A stretch of 29,524 nt of DNA. It comes from Chthonomonadales bacterium (GTDB lineage: Bacteria; Armatimonadota; Chthonomonadetes; Chthonomonadales; Chthonomonadaceae). Numbering within the stretch: the stretch's first letter is position 1; the number at the start of each line of letters is the position of its first letter. The translations under genes and the position numbers were made by a program. The notes beneath the pieces were generated by a model. That model worked only from the letters and a program-made list of their open reading frames with translations. It had not been told where the DNA came from and did not search any database. Below are positions 22,372 through 29,524 of this stretch, in pieces. The stretch lies in NCBI GenBank assembly GCA_038217285.1, contig JBBQPO010000040.1, forward strand, positions 1-29,524, read 5' to 3'.

Positions 22372-23046
22372 ATGGACAGATTCGGAGCCGCATTGTTGTT
22401 GGGGTGGGGGCTGCTGTGTGGGCCACAGGCCGGGACGCCGAAGCCCGCTGCCACCCTCTGGCAGGCGACGGGGACGCTATTGGAGGTCTGCTCATGTCGT
22501 GTTCCCTGCCCTTGCAATTTCGGACAGGGTCCTTCCAACGACTACTGCCATACCGTCTATGCGTACCGACTGAAAACCGCCCGCTACGACGGTGTGACGC
22601 TGGACGGTCTGGTGTTCGGAGGAGGGGAAGGACCAAAAGGCGCGATGGGTTACCTCGATTCGCGCGCGGCCCCGGCCCAACGGGCCGCGCTGGAGAAGCT
22701 TGCCCTGGCCGTATACGGCAAAGGCGGCGCCTCGTCCGGCACGCGTGCCTTCACCTGGACCCGGATTGTCGCTGAAAGCGACCCGCAGCACTTCAAGATG
22801 GGGTTCGGGGAGACCGCCTCCATCTCCGCCAACATTCTGATCGGCCGGGACGGCAAGAACCCCATCGTGGTGGAGAACAATACCACCTGGCCTGTGCACC
22901 GTTTCATCAAAGGGAAGACCACCCGTTTCGACTACAAAGACAGCCTGGGAAACATTTTGCACTACGACGGTGTGAACGCCAATCTAGGCGAATTCAAACT
23001 CTCCAGCGATCAGGCTCTCCCGGCGGAAAAGCCGTGCTGTCGCTGA
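22372..23046 (+). CDS. Exported DUF1326-family putative metal-binding protein
   Basis: Signal-like N-terminus. Cys cluster LEVCSCRVPCPCNFGQGPSNDYCH, YDGVTLDGL, and YLDSRAAPAQRAALEKL. Confidence 0.8.
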   Translation: MDRFGAALLLGWGLLCGPQAGTPKPAATLWQATGTLLEVCSCRVPCPCNFGQGPSNDYCHTVYAYRLKTARYDGVTLDGLVFGGGEGPKGAMGYLDSRAAPAQRAALEKLALAVYGKGGASSGTRAFTWTRIVAESDPQHFKMGFGETASISANILIGRDGKNPIVVENNTTWPVHRFIKGKTTRFDYKDSLGNILHYDGVNANLGEFKLSSDQALPAEKPCCR

Positions 23047-23168
23047 AGCTGGCGGATTTCGGAGGCGGTCTTCGCGCTCTCCAAACGGAACATACCCGGA
23101 TAAGCACATTAGACTTATCCGGGCAGGCGAAGGTTCGAACCGTTGAACGTGGGAGCGGGGCAGACGGG

Positions 23169-23654
23169 TCAGTACTTCTCCCTCTCATAAGAGACGAACG
23201 TATTGTCCTCGACCTGACGGCGCTGCAGTTCCTGGACGAGTTCGTCCAGGCCGGAGTTTGCTTGCGCTTTGCTACCCGACTTCAACTGCGACAACACGAA
23301 GCCGACTGTCTGGCCGGTCAGGCGACGGGCGACATCGTCCATGACACCGGCAACCACCTCTGCCCGCGTTTTGGTCGGCTTGTAGTAGCCTTTACCGCCT
23401 TTGGGGCGGCGCTCGACTGTCAGCAGCCCTTTTTCCACCATGCGGCTGAGTGTCACGGCAATGGTAGAGGGCGACTGCATCTCGCGCTTCTCTGCGCGGC
23501 GCGAAAAGTGCATGGCCTCGTATACCTGCACGGAGGATTGCGGCTCACCCGCATCCCACAGGAGACGCAGAATATCACCTTCAAGAACGCCGAGGGAAGG
23601 CACATCGTCCCCGCCCACGCCGATATACTTGCGTCTTTTTTCCTTCGATTCCAC
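23169..23654 (-). CDS. BlaI/MecI/CopY-family winged-helix transcriptional repressor
   Basis: LGVLEGDILRLLW...SVQVYE...STIAVTLSRMVEKGLLTVERR...YYKP...RAEVV. Confidence 0.85.
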   Translation of the reverse strand: MESKEKRRKYIGVGGDDVPSLGVLEGDILRLLWDAGEPQSSVQVYEAMHFSRRAEKREMQSPSTIAVTLSRMVEKGLLTVERRPKGGKGYYKPTKTRAEVVAGVMDDVARRLTGQTVGFVLSQLKSGSKAQANSGLDELVQELQRRQVEDNTFVSYEREKY

Positions 23655-24170
23655 AGTCGAATACCGTCCTTTTCAGTTATTGACCGCCTCCAAACGCGAA
23701 AAGGTTGCCATTTCTGCGTTTGCGGCAATTCCAAGCGCTAGCCAACTATACACATCGATTGCGTTCGCTATGCACAGACAGTAAAATCGTTTATGCACGT
23801 AAATTCGATTGTTGTAACTCCGCTCCTAGTAGTGTACCCTACGGGTGATAAGCAACACAAGTGGTTATCGCTCACTAGAGTTATTGGCGTGCGTGGAGAG
23901 GCAGAGAGCCGAGCGAGCGCGAAAAGCCCGGCAGGAAACGGGCAGGCTTCCGAACAACATAGGCATCGTCCCCGCGCGCAGACGAGGCCGGTGATTGGAG
24001 CCAATGGACAGTGTGGATTGTTGTCGGGAGCGGACGCCGACCGATTTTCAATCCGATCAAACCAATGTACGAAGTCGGGTCGATTTACCGGGTAAGCTAT
24101 AATAGAATCGTCGATTCGCCCTCGGCACGGCTAACTTTGTCCTGGCAGTACCACAACATAGGATAAAAAT

Positions 24171-24746
24171 GTGTTAAACCTATCGGATAAGTCTCTGATT
24201 CAGTCCTGTCTTAACGGAGATAGACAGGCTTGGGACAGACTGATCCTGCGATATGAACGCCTGATCTACAATATCGCCTTACGGGCAGGCCTCTCTGCGG
24301 AAGACAGTGCGGACGTCTTCCAGGATGTCTGCCTGCAACTTATGAATAACCTCGAAAAGCTGACGGGCGACTTCAACGTTGCGGGTTGGCTGACACAGAC
24401 CACACACTGGGAATGCTTGCGTGTTCTGCGGAATAAGCGGCGCACCAGCTCTTTTACGGAAATGGAAGCCGAAGACGGGACCACTCCCATCAACCAGAGC
24501 CCCTCATTCGACCCGTTGCCCCTGGAAGTCATGCTGGTTCTGGAACAGGAGCAGATCGTTCGCAGCGCAATGGAAGAGCTTGGGGAGAGTTGCCGACGTC
24601 TGCTCATGCTGCTCTACCAGACCGATCCGGTGCCTTCCTACGCAGAAGTCGCACGTCAGTTCGATATCGTGGAGGGGGCGGTCGGTCCGAAGCGTGCCCG
24701 CTGCCTCAGCGGCCTCCGCAAAATTCTGAACCGTCGCGGCTTCTAA
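24171..24746 (+). CDS. ECF-type sigma-70 factor
   Basis: Region 2: DKSLIQSCLNGDRQAWDRLILRYERLIY...DSADVFQDVCL...GWL. Region 4: CRRLLMLLY...SYAEVARQFDIVEGAVGPKRARCLSGLR. Confidence 0.92.
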   Translation: MLNLSDKSLIQSCLNGDRQAWDRLILRYERLIYNIALRAGLSAEDSADVFQDVCLQLMNNLEKLTGDFNVAGWLTQTTHWECLRVLRNKRRTSSFTEMEAEDGTTPINQSPSFDPLPLEVMLVLEQEQIVRSAMEELGESCRRLLMLLYQTDPVPSYAEVARQFDIVEGAVGPKRARCLSGLRKILNRRGF

Positions 24747-25074
24747 TAGCTTCTCCTTCTTCGTAGGGCTGACGGCGCGGATCTCTTTACTTTGATGCGT
24801 TCCGAAGTCTGCTCTATAGGCCGCTTACGCCTACAAACGGTGTCCGTGCCTCTCCTTCCCGGTTCCCAATTCTCCTCTGATTCTCTCCTTTTCTGTCCCA
24901 AACGGCGCTAAAACGACGGATTTCGATCTATTTTCAAAAATAAGTGCCGACCCCCCGCATTTTTGAGCGATCTCGCGACTTATATATATAGGGGTAAATT
25001 TTTCAATAGCGATCTTAGCGGATCGTATCCCCGTGGCAAGACTGCCCGCTCCGGGATGTTAGGGAGAAGATAGA

Positions 25075-25668
25075 ATGCAGATTCGAGAACACATTGCAGA
25101 CGAAATGTTGTTGGATTATATCGAACAGCGTGGCGGTCTGGCAACGGAACGCAATGTCCGTGCACATCTGGCGACCGGCTGCGCCGAATGTCAGGACAGC
25201 CTGAACTACTGGCAGAAAATGCTCCGCGTCGTTCAGGATAAGACGATGACCACCCCGCTGCCCGTGCTGGAGCGTGCCTTCGCGCTGTTCGCAGAGCGAC
25301 AGGCCCCCGTATCCCTGCGACAGAGGGTGATGGCGACGCTACGGTTCGACAGCCGCGTTCAACCCGAACTGGCTGGCGCCCGTGATGGCGACCGAACCTC
25401 GTTCAAACTGCTCTTCGAAGCTCCGAACACCCGTATCGATCTGCTCTGTGAGCGTTCAGGTCCGGACTGGAGTATCGCTGGACAGGTTCTCTCTCTGGAG
25501 AGCAAGGACTACCTCTGGAAAGTGCTGGCAACCGGCACCGATAAGGTCGTTCGCACAGATGCCGATACGCTGGGTGAATTCCACCTGAGTGGACTGCGCA
25601 CCGGGGAGTACGATCTACTTCTGCAGGAACGCAGCCGCGAAATTACCCTGCCTGCCATTCAACTCTGA
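25075..25668 (+). CDS. Soluble putative anti-sigma factor: N-terminal zinc-binding (ZAS-like) domain plus C-terminal beta-sandwich (carboxypeptidase-regulatory-like) domain
   Basis: HIADEMLLDY...VRAHLATGCAEC (H...HxxxxCxxC). Linker LRFDS...LAGAR. C-terminus IAGQVL...DTLGEFHLSGLRTGEYDL. No TM helix. Directly downstream of the ECF sigma gene. Confidence 0.75.
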   Translation: MQIREHIADEMLLDYIEQRGGLATERNVRAHLATGCAECQDSLNYWQKMLRVVQDKTMTTPLPVLERAFALFAERQAPVSLRQRVMATLRFDSRVQPELAGARDGDRTSFKLLFEAPNTRIDLLCERSGPDWSIAGQVLSLESKDYLWKVLATGTDKVVRTDADTLGEFHLSGLRTGEYDLLLQERSREITLPAIQL

Positions 25669-25728
25669 TCCGCCTCTACTCTCTCTCTGCAAAGTAGAGA
25701 CAAGGGAATGCGCCCGTGACCGCTAACC

Positions 25729-25763
25729 GGGACTATCGCCTGACTATAGCAGGCGATAGTCCC
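25729..25763 (+). other. Perfect 14-bp intergenic hairpin between the anti-sigma and TPR-CHAT genes
   Basis: GGGACTATCGCCTG-ACTATAG-CAGGCGATAGTCCC, with no U-tract. Confidence 0.65.
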
Positions 25764-25814
25764 CCAAGTAGCCTACCGTTTGCTTCCATAATGTACGTCG
25801 AGAGGCCTGTATTT

Positions 25815-28670
25815 ATGCTCAATGACGCCGTGTTGCAACAGTTGAAAGACCTCCCTGCCGACCAACTGGCAGCGCATATTGCGTTGCTTGCCGCCGATAT
25901 TTCCGAGGCGGATGTTCAGCATTTGGCAGAGGCCGCGCGTAAGTTTTCGACGGATAACCCTGTCGAAGCCTTGCGCCTTGCCGAAATTGCGGTCCACATG
26001 GCAGCCTTCCTCAACACTGCTCGCCCGCGCGCGATCGCGCAGCGCGCCTATGGGGTTGCCCTGCGGGAGCAGGGGCAATGGGCCGAAGCCATCGCCTGCT
26101 TCGATGCTGGCGTCGAGGCGGCGATGGCCGCCGGAGACGCCCTGCTTGCGGCGCAAATCCCCATCGCAAAGATAGATACGCTTACCCATTTGGGTTGCTA
26201 TGACGAAGCGTTCGCTCTCGCCGGTACGCTTGCAAAGCAGTTAGAAACTCTGGGGTCTCCTGAAGACGCTGCCAAGGTGATGTGGAATGTCGGCAACGTT
26301 CACTTTCGGCAAGAATCGTATGCCCTCGCAGGAGAGTGCTGGCGTAAAGCCCTGGGCTATTTCGAGGCGCAGGGACAAAAGGTCGCGACGGCCCGACTGC
26401 AGATGAACATTGCCAACGTATTGACCCACCTGAATCATTTGCCCGAGGCCCTGGAGATGTTCCAGGCTGCCCGTTCGGCTCTGAGCGATACAAACACGGA
26501 CCGTACGATCGCGTTTCTTGACAGCAATATCGGTTTTCACCAATTTATGGGCGGTCGCTACACCGAAGCGCTGCAGTCTTATACCCGAGCGCGATACCGC
26601 CTGGTAGATCTGGCGCTCCCGCAAGAGGTCGCACAGTGTGACCGGGAAACGGCGGACGTCTATCTGGAGCTCAATCTGGTTCCCGAAGCGCGCGAGACGT
26701 TTGAACGGGTTATTCCGACATTCCAGCAGTTGAATATGACCGGCGAAGCGTCGCGCAGTGAGATGGGCCTCTCCCTTGCGCTGGCCTCCGAAGGCAGACA
26801 TGAGGAAGCGCTGCAGGCTCTGGAACGTGCAGAAAAGGGATTCCGAAAAGAGGGCAACCGGATCGGAGTAGCTCGGGCACGCCTGCAGCGGACCGAGTGG
26901 TGGCGCCGGGAGAACCCAGGGGGACACGGCAGCCCGGACGCTCAAGAGGAGGGACGGCAGCAGCGGGAGACTAGGGCGGCCTTACGCACCTTTCGCAAAC
27001 AGGGCGTCAAGATGGGGGTTTTGCAGTCTCGCTTGCATCTGGCGGAGATGAGGGTTGATCGCGGCGAAAGCCCGATCCGCATGTTGCGTTGTCTGTCTCA
27101 AGAAGCCGAGAAAGGATCGCTGATTGCGCTCCAGTGGCGTGTCGAGACCGCGCTTGCGCGCGCCTACATGAATGCAGGTCGCTGGCAGCTCGGCTTGAAG
27201 TACTACCGACGCGCGGTAGAAGCCGTCGAACGTGTGCGTCTGCTGCTCTATGGGGACGATTTCCGGGTGGCATTCCTGCAGGATAAGATGCGTCTCTACG
27301 AAGAGCTGCTGGCCCTCTTACTGGATCGCGGAACCCCGGCGGCTATTCAGGAGAGCTTCCAACTGGTGGAGCGTTCTAAATCGCGTACACTTCTGGAGCG
27401 GTTGGCGTCGATTCCGCGGGCCAGCGCCGATGCGACCGGAGCACAACAGGCCCGACTGACGCGGCTGGAAGAGTTGCGGAGCCAGTTGAACTGGGACTAT
27501 ACGCGTCTGGAGCAGGCCGCCGGGGACACCGTGCGCCTTTCCAATGCCGAAGCAGTGCCCTCGGAGCGTATTCAGGATCTGGAAACCGCCTACCTCCAGA
27601 CACACCGCGAACTCCAGATTATGGGAGATGGAACCGAGTTATCGCCGGATATGGACGCGGTCCGCATCCGAGACATCCAGAACCTGCTCACCGACGACGA
27701 GCAGATCGTCGAGTTTGTGACCATTCGTGACGAGGTGCTGGCGTTCGTCGTCAGTCGAACTCGTTTCCGTACATTCCGTTGTCTGGCGTCACGGACGGAA
27801 GTGGAAGAACTGGCCCACCGTCTGCGCTATCAATGGAACAAGTTCGGCCCGGTCGTGATGGAAAATGGCTATTCCGACCAGATCGCCGCTGCTACGGACA
27901 ACTTGCTCGTCTCCCTTTACGAACTGCTGATGGAGCCTCTGGAAGCGGAGCTTTCCTCGGCACGACTGACAATTATTCCCCATGGGACACTGCACAGTAT
28001 TCCGTTCCACGCACTGCGGACGGGAGAGGGCTATGTGCTGGATCGCTGGGAGGTCGCGTATGCGCCCAGTGCGGCCGTCTGGCGGTTCTGTCGCCTGCGC
28101 CCAGAGCCCCAGGGAGATCGGTCGCTTGTGTTCGGATTCAGTGACCCGGATATTGCGCATGTCCAGGAGGAGGTTGCCGCGCTCGCAGGTCTCTTACCCG
28201 CCGTGGACGTTTTTGAAAACGACGCCGCGAATCTCAACAATGTCCCGTCAGAGGGTTCCTATAAGTACCTCCACTTTGCAACCCACGCGATTTTCCGCAA
28301 GGACAACCCGCTCTTCTCCGGCCTCAAACTGTCGGATGGATGGTTGATCGCACATGACCTGTACCATCGTCGGCTCGACTGTTCGCTGGCGACCCTGTCG
28401 GCCTGCCGGACTGGCATGAGCGCTGTCGTTCCCGGAGACGAACTGCTGGGACTGGCGCGCGGTTTCTTGAGTTCCGGCGCTCGCGCCGTCATGGTCAGCC
28501 TATGGGCGGCCCATGACGAAGCGACCGCACAACTGATGGTGCAATGTTACTCCCGCATGGCGCAAGGCGCTTCGCGGGCCACGGCATTGCGAGAGGCGCA
28601 GCAGGCGGTGCGTAAACTCTATCCCCATCCTTACTACTGGGCCGCATTCGCACTCATCGGGGCGCGCTAA
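25815..28670 (+). CDS. TPR-repeat CHAT-domain (caspase/HetF-like, clan CD) protease
   Basis: Start re-placed at ATG 25815 (GAGAGG RBS). Long TPR-like helical array, then ERSKSRTLLE, IIPHGTLHSIPFHAL, YAPSA, HFATHA (catalytic His), LSACRTG (catalytic Cys), GLARGFLSSGARAVMVSLW, HPYYWAAF. No signal peptide. Confidence 0.93.
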   Translation: MLNDAVLQQLKDLPADQLAAHIALLAADISEADVQHLAEAARKFSTDNPVEALRLAEIAVHMAAFLNTARPRAIAQRAYGVALREQGQWAEAIACFDAGVEAAMAAGDALLAAQIPIAKIDTLTHLGCYDEAFALAGTLAKQLETLGSPEDAAKVMWNVGNVHFRQESYALAGECWRKALGYFEAQGQKVATARLQMNIANVLTHLNHLPEALEMFQAARSALSDTNTDRTIAFLDSNIGFHQFMGGRYTEALQSYTRARYRLVDLALPQEVAQCDRETADVYLELNLVPEARETFERVIPTFQQLNMTGEASRSEMGLSLALASEGRHEEALQALERAEKGFRKEGNRIGVARARLQRTEWWRRENPGGHGSPDAQEEGRQQRETRAALRTFRKQGVKMGVLQSRLHLAEMRVDRGESPIRMLRCLSQEAEKGSLIALQWRVETALARAYMNAGRWQLGLKYYRRAVEAVERVRLLLYGDDFRVAFLQDKMRLYEELLALLLDRGTPAAIQESFQLVERSKSRTLLERLASIPRASADATGAQQARLTRLEELRSQLNWDYTRLEQAAGDTVRLSNAEAVPSERIQDLETAYLQTHRELQIMGDGTELSPDMDAVRIRDIQNLLTDDEQIVEFVTIRDEVLAFVVSRTRFRTFRCLASRTEVEELAHRLRYQWNKFGPVVMENGYSDQIAAATDNLLVSLYELLMEPLEAELSSARLTIIPHGTLHSIPFHALRTGEGYVLDRWEVAYAPSAAVWRFCRLRPEPQGDRSLVFGFSDPDIAHVQEEVAALAGLLPAVDVFENDAANLNNVPSEGSYKYLHFATHAIFRKDNPLFSGLKLSDGWLIAHDLYHRRLDCSLATLSACRTGMSAVVPGDELLGLARGFLSSGARAVMVSLWAAHDEATAQLMVQCYSRMAQGASRATALREAQQAVRKLYPHPYYWAAFALIGAR

Positions 28671-28732
28671 ACCAGGAGGCGGAATCAAATGTCGCCCCTG
28701 TTACCTCCTGTATGCTGACTACAATAGTCGGT

Positions 28733-28750
28733 TGCGAAGTGAACTTCGCA
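28733..28750. promoter_or_regulatory. Inverted repeat upstream of the subtilase gene (candidate operator)
   Basis: TGCGAAGT-GA-ACTTCGCA, about 45 nt before the start codon. Confidence 0.35.
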
Positions 28751-28794
28751 CAGGAATATATAGTTCTCCGCTTCAGGAGATCAAGGAGACTGTC

Positions 28795-29524
28795 TTGCAA
28801 AAACGAATTTTTTCTCTGGCGCTGATGCTGGTACTGACTTGTATGGGAATGGCCTCTTATGCCATCGACTATGCTCCCAACGAGGTGCTGGTGCATCTGA
28901 AACCCGGTATGGACATCGTCGCCTTCAATCAGACCTTCAACACGACGACCCTCGCCGCATCGATCTATAACAACTCTTTCCGACTCGCATCTGTAGCGAG
29001 AGTGGATATTCCCACCCTGGTATCACAGATGACGATGGACAGTCGGGTGGCGTCGGCCAGTGTGAACCTCAATAATCGTGCCCTGGACACGGTCGTCACC
29101 GATCAGTTCATCTTTGCGGCGGATGCCGACGTAACTCATGCGAGTCAGTTCATCTTCGCAGCCGATCAGTACACCTTCACGAGTACGCAGTTCATCTTCG
29201 CGGCCGACCAGTTCATCTTCGCGGCCGACAGTAATCCCGGACTGTATGCCTACATGGGTCAATCGACTTCGTCGCTTATTCACTATGGCGCGACATCGAA
29301 GCGCTTCGACGGTAGGGGAGTTCTGGTCGCCGTACTGGACACCGGTATCTCAACGCGCAACGTCCTCCTCTCCTCCCACGTCACGACCGGATGGAACTTC
29401 GTGGACGGAAACAGCAATACGGACGACGTCCCTGCCGGTATCGACAGCAACGGCAACGGCGTCTTAGACGAATCTGCGGGGCATGGCACGATGGTCTCCG
29501 GCCTCATCAACCGCTATGCACAGG
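28795..29524 (+). CDS. Secreted S8 subtilisin-like serine protease, 3'-truncated by the window end (not in the ORF track)
   Basis: AAGGAG (28783-28788), then TTG at 28795; the frame stays open to the window end. Manual translation gives the signal peptide MQKRIFSLALMLVLTCMGMASYA, a propeptide (YAPNEVLVHLKPG...), a repeat insert, DGRGVLVAVLDTG (catalytic Asp), GWNFVD and AGHGTMVSGLI (catalytic His). Confidence 0.92.
   Translation, partial: MQKRIFSLALMLVLTCMGMASYAIDYAPNEVLVHLKPGMDIVAFNQTFNTTTLAASIYNNSFRLASVARVDIPTLVSQMTMDSRVASASVNLNNRALDTVVTDQFIFAADADVTHASQFIFAADQYTFTSTQFIFAADQFIFAADSNPGLYAYMGQSTSSLIHYGATSKRFDGRGVLVAVLDTGISTRNVLLSSHVTTGWNFVDGNSNTDDVPAGIDSNGNGVLDESAGHGTMVSGLINRYAQ
29104..29229 (+). 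repeat. In-frame 21-nt (7-aa) period array inside the subtilase: QFIFAAD-ADVTHAS-QFIFAAD-QYTFTST-QFIFAAD-QFIFAAD
   Basis: QFIFAAD copies at 29104-29124, 29146-29166, 29188-29208 and 29209-29229. The two intervening units are each exactly 21 nt. Confidence 0.92.

Noticed and set aside
23793-24095. 100-aa ORF or c-di-GMP riboswitch between blaI-like and sigma genes
   Set aside because: No RBS or protein motif, and the conserved riboswitch elements were not matched. More likely regulatory DNA.
25716-25814. N-terminal extension of the TPR-CHAT ORF
   Set aside because: It spans the intergenic hairpin. The ATG at 25815 has an RBS (GAGAGG).
29104-29229. CRISPR-like repeat/spacer appearance of the 21-nt repeats
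   Set aside because: The repeats are in frame within a protease gene, vary only synonymously, and two are directly adjacent. No cas genes are present.
29023-29510. ORF-track entries at the right end (29023-29283 minus, 29138-29467 plus, 29283-29510 minus)
   Set aside because: They are off-frame or antisense readings of the subtilase gene that starts at 28795.

Overview
A 29.5-kb bacterial window, mostly GC-rich and densely coding. The gene content (DUF6785-type membrane protein, DUF1080 protein, secreted glycoside hydrolases) suggests an Armatimonadota-like soil or aquatic lineage; this is an inference. From left to right it holds: the 3' part of a GH78 rhamnosidase-like gene; a secreted Met/His/Lys/Gly-repeat protein; an unusual signal peptide-heme c (CxxCH)-glutathione peroxidase fusion; CAP and SH3-NlpC/P60 envelope genes; a lower-GC HipA-like kinase plus HIRAN two-gene cassette; an ALDH / ATP-grasp / luciferase-like monooxygenase operon; a tgt-HD-secreted GH13 operon; and several hydrolase and DUF genes. 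The right end holds the most interesting locus. An orphan BlaI-family repressor is divergent from an ECF sigma factor, a soluble zinc-finger anti-sigma-like protein, a TPR-CHAT caspase-like protease and a secreted S8 subtilase. The subtilase is absent from the ORF track and is cut off by the window end. It carries a strict 7-residue-period array containing four QFIFAAD copies between its propeptide and catalytic domain. The locus may be a peptide-triggered proteolytic signalling circuit. No rRNA, tRNA, CRISPR array or transposase was recognised.
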